Source: Archangiaceae bacterium (GTDB lineage Bacteria > Myxococcota > Myxococcia > Myxococcales > Myxococcaceae). Taken from it: a stretch of DNA of 13,288 nt. This document shows, in pieces, positions 1-7,479 of the stretch. The stretch lies in the NCBI GenBank assembly GCA_043750125.1, contig JAYVCD010000175.1, positions 1 to 13,288 on the forward strand, read 5' to 3'. Under the pieces are notes generated by a model. The model had not been told where the DNA came from. It saw only the letters and a program-made list of their open reading frames with translations, and made no database searches. The position numbers and the translations under genes are program-made. Positions within the stretch are counted from its first letter, which is position 1. Each line of letters starts with the position of its first letter.

Positions 1-1
1 T

Positions 2-58
2 GCCGCGCCTCAGGTTCCGGCAGCGGCAATCCCCCAGAGCGCCCCCGCCTCACAGTAG
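2..58 (+). CDS. 3' end of an upstream gene (Ala/Pro-rich tail), truncated by window start
   Basis: Frame from position 2 reads AAPQVPAAAIPQSAPASQ* with TAG at 56-58, on the same strand as the regulator 44 nt downstream. Too short to identify. Confidence 0.5.
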   Translation, partial: AAPQVPAAAIPQSAPASQ

Positions 59-86
59 GCTGACCGTCGTTCTCCACCGAAACAAC

Positions 87-93
87 GAGGAGG
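87..93 (+). promoter_or_regulatory. Shine-Dalgarno site of the response regulator
   Basis: GAGGAGG followed by a 9-nt A-rich spacer and ATG at 103. Confidence 0.75.
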
Positions 94-102
94 AACAAAA
101 AA

Positions 103-777
103 ATGGGTTCCCGGGTGCTGCTGATTGATGACGATGCGAGGCTGCCGGACCTGCTCGCGTCGTACCTGGGACAGAACGGGGTGAGCCTGACAGCCGCCCC
201 CGATGGCCAAAGAGGATTGCTGGCGCTCGAGCAGGGCGCCTTTGATGCCGTCCTGCTCGACGTGATGATGCCCGGAATGGACGGGCTCGAGGTCTGCCGC
301 CGCATCCGCACCAAGAGCAACGTTCCCGTGATCATGCTCACCGCCCGCGGAGACGAGACCGACCGGGTGGTGGGGCTCGAGCTGGGCGCCGACGACTACG
401 TCGCCAAACCGTTCTCTCCCCGCGAGCTGCTGGCGCGATTGAAAGCGGTGCTGCGGCGCTCGCGACCCGAAGTGCTTTCTGAAGAGCTGGCGGCAGGCGA
501 GGTCAAGGTCGACATCGGCTCGCGGGTCGTACTCGTGAAGGGAATGGCCGTCGAGCTGACCGGAATCGAGTTCGACATCCTCGTCGCATTGATGCGGCGG
601 GCGGGCAGGGTGGTTCCGCGCGATGCGCTGTTGTCGGAAGCCGGCCGCAGCGATGTTGTCGTCGGAGAACGCACGGTCGACGTCCACATCTCGCACCTGC
701 GCCAGAAGCTCGGTGACGACCCGCCCCGATTGATCAAGACAGTGCGCGGGGTCGGTTACGTATTTGCGAAGGCCTGA
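103..777 (+). CDS. OmpR/PhoB-family response regulator (CpxR-like)
   Basis: Receiver domain (LLIDDD, LLDVMMPGMDG, MLTARG, GADDYVAKPF) plus winged-helix effector (RTVDVHISHLRQKL, IKTVRGVGY); strong SD. Confidence 0.97.
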   Translation: MGSRVLLIDDDARLPDLLASYLGQNGVSLTAAPDGQRGLLALEQGAFDAVLLDVMMPGMDGLEVCRRIRTKSNVPVIMLTARGDETDRVVGLELGADDYVAKPFSPRELLARLKAVLRRSRPEVLSEELAAGEVKVDIGSRVVLVKGMAVELTGIEFDILVALMRRAGRVVPRDALLSEAGRSDVVVGERTVDVHISHLRQKLGDDPPRLIKTVRGVGYVFAKA

Positions 778-792
778 CCGCGGCGATCCCCG

Positions 793-2109
793 ATGAACTG
801 GCACCCCCACCCTCACCACCCTCACCACCCTCACCATCGGCGGCGCCCGCGCATGGGTCCGATCGGGCACTTCATCCGCTCGAGCCTGCGCCGAAAGCTG
901 TTCGCCTGGTTCGCGCTCGCGACGCTGACCACCACCGTCGCGGTCGGTGTCTCGATGGCGGTGCTCTCACGCGGACAGCAATCGACCTGGCACGAGGACT
1001 ACGAGAATGCGCGGGAGTGGGTTGGAAAACAGTTCGCTTCGAAGTGGGACTCTCCGGCCGAGCTGCAGGCTTTCGCCCGTGAGACCGCCCGTGATTTGAA
1101 GATTGACCTGGAGTTGGTCGACGCCGCCGGCGTTTCGCTGATGGTCGTCGGGTCCGCGTGCGAAGGCAGCACGGTCGACGCGCCCGTCGTCCGGGTCGGG
1201 CACCGGGTTGGAACCGTGCGCGCGTGCTTTGCCAACCACCGCCCCTTCCGGCCTGAACGGGCAGTGCTGGTGGTGCTGATCATCGTCGCCGTGCTGTGGG
1301 CCGCGTGCGGGAAGATTGCCCGTCGCCTCGCCCAGCCGCTCGATGAGCTCGCCGGAGTCGTCAAAAGAATCGGCGGTGGAGATCTGAAGGCCCGCGCTGG
1401 AATGTCGTGTCAGTCGCTGGACGAAATCGGCGTCGTCGCCGAGGCAATCAACGAGATGGCGACTCGAATCGAAAAACAGCTCACCGATCAGCGCGAATTG
1501 CTGGCAGCGGTGTCGCACGAGCTGCGAACGCCGTTGGCCCGCATGCGCCTCGTCTCTGAGATCGCACGCGACGGCGGTTCGACTCCGAAGACCTTCGATG
1601 ATCTCGATCGCGAAGTGGTCGAAATGGACTCGCTGGTCGGAGAGCTGCTCGCGAATTCACGGGTCGACTTCGGCCTGCTGCAGGTTCGAGATCTGTCTGC
1701 AAAAGACGCCGCCGTCTTTGCGCTCGAACGCGCCGGGTTGCCCCTCGGGCTGCTGGCGGTCGACGACGCTCAGACCGTCCGCGCAGATCCCACCCTGCTG
1801 GCCCGCGCCCTGGGCAACCTCCTCGACAACGCCAGAAAACATGGAGGCTCGGTCGACAGCCTGGTGGTGCGCAAAGCCGACGCGGGACACATCGCCTTTG
1901 AAGTGCATGATCGCGGGCCCGGAATTCCTTCCGATTCGTTGACCCGGGTCTTCGAGCCGTTCGAGCGGGCCGGGGAAAGAAAGGCCGACGGATTGGGCCT
2001 GGGGCTCAACCTCGTCAAGCGCATCGCCGAAGCACACAAAGGGTCGGCATTTGCCCTCAACCGCGCACAAGGTGGGGCGACGGTAGGCATCTTGTTGCCC
2101 CTCGCCTGA
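793..2109 (+). CDS. HAMP-domain sensor histidine kinase with His/Pro-rich N-terminus
   Basis: Two hydrophobic segments, HAMP (PLDELAGVVKRIGGGDL...DEIGVVAEAINEM), H-box VSHELRTPL, N-box LGNLLDNARKH, G1 DRGPGI, F-box VFEPF, G2 GLGLGL. Starts 15 nt after the regulator stop. Alternative ATG at 853. Confidence 0.95.
   Translation: MNWHPHPHHPHHPHHRRRPRMGPIGHFIRSSLRRKLFAWFALATLTTTVAVGVSMAVLSRGQQSTWHEDYENAREWVGKQFASKWDSPAELQAFARETARDLKIDLELVDAAGVSLMVVGSACEGSTVDAPVVRVGHRVGTVRACFANHRPFRPERAVLVVLIIVAVLWAACGKIARRLAQPLDELAGVVKRIGGGDLKARAGMSCQSLDEIGVVAEAINEMATRIEKQLTDQRELLAAVSHELRTPLARMRLVSEIARDGGSTPKTFDDLDREVVEMDSLVGELLANSRVDFGLLQVRDLSAKDAAVFALERAGLPLGLLAVDDAQTVRADPTLLARALGNLLDNARKHGGSVDSLVVRKADAGHIAFEVHDRGPGIPSDSLTRVFEPFERAGERKADGLGLGLNLVKRIAEAHKGSAFALNRAQGGATVGILLPLA
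808..834 (+). repeat. 9-bp tandem repeat (CACCCTCAC)x3 encoding (His-Pro-His)3
   Basis: Direct reading: caccctcac caccctcac caccctcac, in frame with the kinase. Confidence 0.9.
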
Positions 2110-2122
2110 CGCCTCAGGGCCC

Positions 2123-2374
2123 TTAGATGACGTCGAGCTTGTGGCCCTTGATCCGCTTGTTCTCGTCGGGGCCGTGAAGCTCGATCTCGAGCGCCATTTC
2201 GAGCAGATCAATCAAGGCCGCGCGTGAGTCCATGTCGTCGGCGCTCATCAAGGTTAACTCGATTGGCAGCCGGTTCTCAGCCGGTGCAGGTTCAGGGTCA
2301 ATGGGTTTGCCCGAGGGGTCGAGCTCTTCAACCAACAAATCCCCGTCACGATGGATGGTGTAGCGCCGGTGCAT
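2123..2374 (-). CDS. Small acidic hypothetical protein (83 aa), probably leaderless
   Basis: Fills the gap between the kinase and the FHA gene without overlap. A TAAGAT -10-like hexamer sits 6 nt before the ATG and there is no SD. Confidence 0.7.
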   Translation of the reverse strand: MHRRYTIHRDGDLLVEELDPSGKPIDPEPAPAENRLPIELTLMSADDMDSRAALIDLLEMALEIELHGPDENKRIKGHKLDVI

Positions 2375-2380
2375 GGGGTG

Positions 2381-2390
2381 ATCTTAGTCT
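2381..2390. promoter_or_regulatory. Putative bidirectional promoter with overlapping -10 elements
   Basis: + strand TAGTCT (2385-2390) and - strand TAAGAT (2386-2381) share the TA at 2385-2386, inside a 28-bp divergent gap. Confidence 0.55.
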
Positions 2391-2402
2391 CCCGGGGCCC
2401 AT

Positions 2403-2903
2403 ATGGCCCGATCCCTCACGAATCTCGCGTCTCTGTTTCTTAGCGATCAGAAGGCTTTCCGGGCTTCGGTCCTTCATCCGGTGCTGATCTGGAAGGCGCC
2501 TCCCACCGACGCCTCTATGCAGAGCTGGCAAGGAACCCACTCCGGAATGGGACCCGCGCGGCCCCATGAAGGACAGGCCGTCGTGTTCGACGTTCTCAAA
2601 GACCCGAACAAACAAAATGCCTTCGCGATGGGCGTCACCGTCGGTCGCATCGACACCAACGACGTCCCGCTCGACGACGTGAGCGTCAGCCGCTTTCATG
2701 CCTGGCTCCAGCAAGACGCCAAGGGCTGGGTGCTGTGTGACGCCGACAGCAAGAACGGAACGTTCTGTGACGGCAAGCGGCTCGAGCCCAAACAAAAGCT
2801 GCCAATCAGCGACAAGGCGAAACTCAAGTTCGGCGAAGTGGAAGTCACTTTCATCGAGGTCTCTTCCTTGATCGCGATGATGGAAGAGTTGATGCGCAAG
2901 TAG
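2403..2903 (+). CDS. FHA domain-containing protein
   Basis: Canonical FHA motifs VTVGR, SVSRFHA, DADSKNGTF, LKFG. Confidence 0.93.
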   Translation: MARSLTNLASLFLSDQKAFRASVLHPVLIWKAPPTDASMQSWQGTHSGMGPARPHEGQAVVFDVLKDPNKQNAFAMGVTVGRIDTNDVPLDDVSVSRFHAWLQQDAKGWVLCDADSKNGTFCDGKRLEPKQKLPISDKAKLKFGEVEVTFIEVSSLIAMMEELMRK

Positions 2904-2921
2904 GCGAGCCCCGCCCGTTCC

Positions 2922-3605
2922 TCAAGGATCGAACCGATATCCCTGCCCGCGCACCGTCACGAAGTGGCGGGGGTCGTCCGGCAACGGCTCGAGCTTCTGG
3001 CGCAGCTGGCTGATGAAGTTGTCGACGGTGCGCGCAGTCCCCTCGTACCCATAGCCCCAGGCGGCCGCCAGCAGCTCATCGCGTGAGAAAGCGCGACCGG
3101 GGTGGGTTGCAAAGTGCAGCACCAGCTTCAGTTCCTGGGCGGTGAGGTCGACGCTCTGGCCGCCCCGGGTCACAGTCTTCGCCCGCAGGTCGACGTTGAC
3201 GCTTTCGAACTGCACCACGCTGCCGTCGCGCTGCTGGCGGCGCAGCACCGCCCGCACCCGGGCCAGTAGCTCTTGAAGGCTGAACGGCTTGGCCACGTAG
3301 TCATCGGCGCCGAGGTTCAAGCCCACGATCTTGTCCGATTCCATTCCCTTGGCCGACAACACCAACACCGGAATGGTGACCCCCCGACCCCGCAGCTCTT
3401 TGAGCACCTCGAAGCCATTGAGCGCAGGCAGCATCAAGTCGAGGATCACCAGGTCGGGCATTTCGTCGATCGCTTTTTGCAGCCCGGTGCGGCCGTCCTG
3501 GGCCTGCAGGACCTCGTAACCCTCGTACCGAAGGTTCATCGAGACCCCGGTGAGAATCGACAGATCGTCTTCAACCACCAGAATGCGCTTGGGGCTGTCG
3601 GCCAT
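2922..3605 (-). CDS. OmpR/PhoB-family response regulator
   Basis: LVVEDD, ILDLMLP, LSAKG, GADDYVAKPF, RTVDNFISQLRQKLE, FVTVRGQGYRF. SD TAAGGA overlaps the upstream kinase stop codon. Confidence 0.97.
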   Translation of the reverse strand: MADSPKRILVVEDDLSILTGVSMNLRYEGYEVLQAQDGRTGLQKAIDEMPDLVILDLMLPALNGFEVLKELRGRGVTIPVLVLSAKGMESDKIVGLNLGADDYVAKPFSLQELLARVRAVLRRQQRDGSVVQFESVNVDLRAKTVTRGGQSVDLTAQELKLVLHFATHPGRAFSRDELLAAAWGYGYEGTARTVDNFISQLRQKLEPLPDDPRHFVTVRGQGYRFDP

Positions 3606-3614
3606 CGGCTTTCC

Positions 3615-5126
3615 TTAGCTCTTCGTTGCCAACAGGTGGATGGTAAGCGTGCTTCCCTTCCCCATTTCGCTCTCGACGGTGATCTTCCCCCCGTGCGCGC
3701 GGATGATCCGTTGCGCGATCGCCAGCCCCAGGCCCGAGCCTTCGGTCTCGCGGGTCAGCAGGTTGTCCACCCGATAGAACCGCTCGAAGATGCGCTTTCG
3801 CTCTCGGCGCGGAATTCCCACCCCGTTGTCCTGCACCGAGATCTTCACCCACCGTCCCTCGGCCCGGGCCCGCAGTGAAATCTGCTTGTCTGCCCCTGTG
3901 TACTTGAACGCGTTCTGCAACAAGTTCAGAAGCGCGCCCGCGAGCGCGTCGCGGTCTACCTGAACCAGCGGCAGCCGGGGCGCGACCTCAATCTTCAGCG
4001 TCATCACCGCGCCCATGCGCTGAGCCTGAAACGCATTCACTGCGGCATCGACCAGCTCCTGGACGGGAAGGGTGTGCAGATCGTACTGCTTGCGGCCCCC
4101 TTCGATTCGCGCCCAGTCCAGCACCCGTTCGATCATCGCCGAGAGCCGTTCGGTCTCTTTCGACAACATGTGCAGCACCTGCTGATGATCTCCCTCGTTC
4201 GCCACCCGCCCCATGGCGAGGGTGTCGATGAACATTCGAATGGAAGTCAGCGGCGTGCGCAGCTCGTGCGAAACCAATGAGACAAAGTCCGTCTTCATTC
4301 GCGACAGGCGCGCTTCACGGTACAGCGTTCGACCGGTGTAGATGACCCCCATCGCGAGCGTCAGGTAGAAGACCCCGAGCAAGATTCCGTACACCGCGCG
4401 GTTGCGGGTCGACGCCTGCGCCACCGGGTCTTCCCCTTCGGCGACCGCGGCCAATCGCAAATCTTGAAGCGGTGACGGCAGCACCACGCTCGCCAATTCC
4501 CGGGGGCCCAGCGCGTCGCGCACATCGACCACTCCGGACACCAGGCGGCCCAGAGGGCCATCGGCCAGGTCGCGCTTGACCGACTTGAGCTCGTAGTGCG
4601 CCAGCTCGCCGGCAGGGGCTGCCTCTTTGAGCAGCGCATCTATCGCCGCAGGCGAAATTCTCGCGCCCACCACCCGCACCCCGTCGCGAAGGGCGACGAC
4701 CAACATCGTCGCCTGGGGGGTCGCGACCGAAAAAAACACCGGACGGTTGGGCAGCGCAGAGACTTCTCCACCCAGCGCATAGACCGCGGCTTTGAGCTTG
4801 GGATCTGCCGATTCCACCACGTCGCCATTGACCGTGAATCCCAGGTCGGTGAGCTCGAGCCCCGACGACAGCGTCAGCGCGAGGCGATCGTCCAGGCGCT
4901 GAATCAGCGCACTTTCCAGGGTCTGGCGCAGCTCGGCTGACACCTTCAGCAGCCGGCCGCTCCAGGCCGCCTCGAGTCGCTTTTCCACCGCGGCGCGCTC
5001 GTTGATGATCGCCACCACCCCAAAGCCACTCAACCCCGCCGAAGGCAGCACCACCAACAAGATCAACAGCGCAAAAGTGCGCCGAAAACTGGTGAGGTCT
5101 AGGGTCTGCTCGGTTTGGGGAACCAT
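3615..5126 (-). CDS. Membrane sensor histidine kinase (HisKA + HATPase_c)
   Basis: TM1 (FALLILLVVLPSAGLSGFGVVAII), extracytoplasmic region, TM2 (VYGILLGVFYLTLAMGVIY), VSHELRTPL, LLNLLQNAFKY, DNGVGI, IFERFYR, GSGLGL. Start placed at ATG 5126 rather than 5243; exact start uncertain. Confidence 0.93.
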   Translation of the reverse strand: MVPQTEQTLDLTSFRRTFALLILLVVLPSAGLSGFGVVAIINERAAVEKRLEAAWSGRLLKVSAELRQTLESALIQRLDDRLALTLSSGLELTDLGFTVNGDVVESADPKLKAAVYALGGEVSALPNRPVFFSVATPQATMLVVALRDGVRVVGARISPAAIDALLKEAAPAGELAHYELKSVKRDLADGPLGRLVSGVVDVRDALGPRELASVVLPSPLQDLRLAAVAEGEDPVAQASTRNRAVYGILLGVFYLTLAMGVIYTGRTLYREARLSRMKTDFVSLVSHELRTPLTSIRMFIDTLAMGRVANEGDHQQVLHMLSKETERLSAMIERVLDWARIEGGRKQYDLHTLPVQELVDAAVNAFQAQRMGAVMTLKIEVAPRLPLVQVDRDALAGALLNLLQNAFKYTGADKQISLRARAEGRWVKISVQDNGVGIPRRERKRIFERFYRVDNLLTRETEGSGLGLAIAQRIIRAHGGKITVESEMGKGSTLTIHLLATKS

Positions 5127-5265
5127 GGTTCTGGAAGGCGGGGGCTGATCGCTTTGGCACGCTTCGGCAACTTGATGTCCCGGGTCGCTTGAGGCTCCGG
5201 CATACCATCTGCACCAGGCTCGAAACCGAATCGCAGCTCGCAATAAATCGTTTGCAGTATCCGAT

Positions 5266-5313
5266 GTTTGAAGCAGCTGAAAGTGGGCCGCGGGAACTTC
5301 AGCAGCATCAAAC
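5266..5313. promoter_or_regulatory. Imperfect inverted repeat with two FNR/CRP-family-like boxes
   Basis: Arms gtttgaagcagctgaaagt (5266-5284) and acttcagcagcatcaaac (5296-5313) give 16 pairs, 2 mismatches and 1 bulge. Boxes TTGAA-N4-CTGAA (5268-5281) and TTCAG-N4-ATCAA (5298-5311) versus consensus TTGAT-N4-ATCAA. Confidence 0.5.
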
Positions 5314-5351
5314 GCGGCACCGATGTCAGGGTCAAAGGGAGAAGGGAACGT

Positions 5352-7388
5352 ATGAACTGGTACAAGCGGTCAATCGTGGTCGGGGCTTTGGCAGCGGGAA
5401 TGATGCTCAGCGGCTGTGCGCAACCCGCGGGCTCGGGGCGCTCATCGTCCTCAGGCTCGCTCGCACTCTCTTCAGATGACTCACTTCTCTATGCCGTGGA
5501 CACGGACAACGGCACCCTCACCGTCCTCGACACCCGAACCGACTCCAAGGTCGCCACGGTCAAGGTCGGCGATCAGCCGGCGCGAGTCGTGGTCGGAACC
5601 GACGACACCATCTACGTCACCAACCGGGGCAGCAATACGGTCAGCGTGATCCGCAAAGGCGACTGGAAAGAAGCCGCGCAGGTCAACGTCGGCACCGAGC
5701 CGGTCGGCCTTGCGGTCTCACCGGACAACAAGATGCTCTACGTGGTCAACGCCACCTCGTCCGACGCGACTGAGTTCGGCACCCTGACCGGCATCGACGT
5801 AGCCACTTTGCAGCCCACCTTCGAAGTGAAAGTGGGATCTGAGCCCCGCGGCCTGGCGCTGCTGGGAAACGACAAAGCCGTCGTCACCCTCTACAAGGAA
5901 GGCGAGCTGGTCGAGGTCGATCTGAAGTCGAAGACGGTCCTCTCGAACGGCGTCGGGGTCTACAACGCGGCCAACGCCACCCGCACCAGCGGCACGTCGA
6001 GCCCCGGTGGCACCGCGTTCTCGACCTTCAAAGCCCGCGCGATGGGCACCGTGACGGCCACCGCCGACGGAACCCGCCTCTTCGCTCCCGTGATCTGGGC
6101 GCGTGAAGATCCCATCGGTCGCAGGCCGACCTCAGCGGGCGGGTATTACTCGTCCGGAGGCCCCTGCAACATCGGAGCGGTCGCCACCGCCGGCATCGTC
6201 GTCGCCGACCAGGGTTCCGGCCCGAACGGAGGGACGCTTCAGCCCCAGGTCGATGACCTCACGTCCTGCGTCAACAGCGGCACCGTCTCGCAGAACAAAG
6301 ACTACCCGACGACCACCCTGGCCGGCCGGCCCAGCGGCGCGCGCGGCACCACCAGCATCGACCCCATTCAGGCCCCGGTGGCCGTGGCGATCGACCCGAC
6401 CGACAGCTGGGTGTTCCTCGTCAACAAAGAGTCTTCCAACGTCGCCGTGGTGCCCGCGTTCCGCCGCGCCGCTGACGACAACTTCGCTACCACCGGCAGC
6501 TCGGTGCGCTCGCTCATCGCCCTCAACGCGACCCCCGAGGCCAGCAGCGGCCCGGACGGCATCGCGCTCACCCGCGACGGGAAGAAGGCCTACGTCTACA
6601 ACCAGTTCGATCACCGCGTCGACGTGCTCGCCGCGAAGGGCGCTGGAAACGATACGACCATCGAAAAGGTCAGCTCGATTCCCGTCGCCGGTGATGTGCT
6701 GGCGCCTGAAGTCGTTGCCGGCCGGAAGATGTTCTTCAACGCCACCGATCGGAAGCTCTCGTCGGCCGCGACCAACGTCTCGTGCGCGACTTGCCATCTG
6801 GAAGGGCTCGAAGACGGCCACGTCTGGAGCTTCCCCGACGGCCCGCGCCAGACCCCCGCGCTGGCAGGCCGCAAGCTGCGCCAGACCGCGCCCTACCACT
6901 GGAGCGGCGAGTTCAGCGACAGCCAGACTTTCATGAAGCACACCATCGTCGAGCGCATGGGGGGCACGGGCCTCGTGACCGCCAAAGAGTCCGACAACAT
7001 CGTCGACTTCATCGAGGCGATGCCGGCTCCCCAGAACGCCTACGCGAAGCTGGGACACAACGACGCCCAGGTTCGCGGGGCCCAGGTGTTCCAAACCGCG
7101 GGCTGCGCCAGCTGCCACACCGGAGCGCTGCTGACCAACAAGACCAGTGCCGACGTGGGCTCCATCGTCAGGACAGGCCGCAACCCGGACAATGGCACCT
7201 GGCTGGCGAAGGGCATCGATGTTCCCTCGCTGCTCGGCCTCTCGCGCACTGCCCCGTATCTGCACGACGGCAGCGCCGGCACCCTCGAAGATCGGATCAA
7301 CAACAACCCGAACGACAAGCACGGGGTTACGTCCAACCTGAACGCCGCACAAAAGTCGGATCTCGTTTCCTACCTGAAGACGCTCTAG
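5352..7388 (+). CDS. Lipoprotein: YVTN/YncE-like beta-propeller fused to diheme cytochrome c (bCcP/MauG superfamily)
   Basis: ATG 5352 after a purine-rich SD (agggagaaggga); lipobox LSGC (Cys22); repeated VxVGxxPxxxxV blades; CATCH (6783-6797) and CASCH (7104-7118); family motifs GRKMFF, RQTPAL, PYHWSG, PSLLGLSRTAPYLHDGS, DLVSYLKTL. Confidence 0.9.
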   Translation: MNWYKRSIVVGALAAGMMLSGCAQPAGSGRSSSSGSLALSSDDSLLYAVDTDNGTLTVLDTRTDSKVATVKVGDQPARVVVGTDDTIYVTNRGSNTVSVIRKGDWKEAAQVNVGTEPVGLAVSPDNKMLYVVNATSSDATEFGTLTGIDVATLQPTFEVKVGSEPRGLALLGNDKAVVTLYKEGELVEVDLKSKTVLSNGVGVYNAANATRTSGTSSPGGTAFSTFKARAMGTVTATADGTRLFAPVIWAREDPIGRRPTSAGGYYSSGGPCNIGAVATAGIVVADQGSGPNGGTLQPQVDDLTSCVNSGTVSQNKDYPTTTLAGRPSGARGTTSIDPIQAPVAVAIDPTDSWVFLVNKESSNVAVVPAFRRAADDNFATTGSSVRSLIALNATPEASSGPDGIALTRDGKKAYVYNQFDHRVDVLAAKGAGNDTTIEKVSSIPVAGDVLAPEVVAGRKMFFNATDRKLSSAATNVSCATCHLEGLEDGHVWSFPDGPRQTPALAGRKLRQTAPYHWSGEFSDSQTFMKHTIVERMGGTGLVTAKESDNIVDFIEAMPAPQNAYAKLGHNDAQVRGAQVFQTAGCASCHTGALLTNKTSADVGSIVRTGRNPDNGTWLAKGIDVPSLLGLSRTAPYLHDGSAGTLEDRINNNPNDKHGVTSNLNAAQKSDLVSYLKTL

Positions 7389-7419
7389 GAAATTGTTCGT
7401 TCAGTCGTGCCACACCCAG

Positions 7420-7460
7420 CAGCAGGGCCGGGACCTCTCGGCTCTGCTGTTTTCGTTTTT
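7420..7460 (+). terminator. Rho-independent terminator after the cytochrome gene
   Basis: Stem cagcagggccggg / ctcggctctgctg (with G-U pairs), loop acct, followed by ttttcgttttt. Confidence 0.8.
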
Positions 7461-7479
7461 GGGAGGTAAGGTTCGCCCT

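Noticed and set aside
10..2211. Long minus-strand ORFs (10..870, 967..1518, 1657..2211)
   Set aside because: Antisense shadows of the clearly identified regulator and kinase, expected from high-GC codon bias.
5155..5170. TGGCACG sigma-54-like -24 element
   Set aside because: GG-to-GC spacing is 9 nt rather than the required 10, and there is no TTGC -12 element.
5127..5351. N-terminal extensions in the ORF track (starts 5243 - and 5268 +) and short ORFs 5099..5365, 5189..5479
   Set aside because: ATG 5352 has an SD and gives a proper lipoprotein signal; the region reads better as a divergent promoter.
5352..7388. True hydrazine synthase or cytochrome cd1 nitrite reductase
   Set aside because: No alpha subunit or heme d1 biosynthesis genes in the window; NirS has an N-terminal monoheme domain. 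The resemblance is architectural only.
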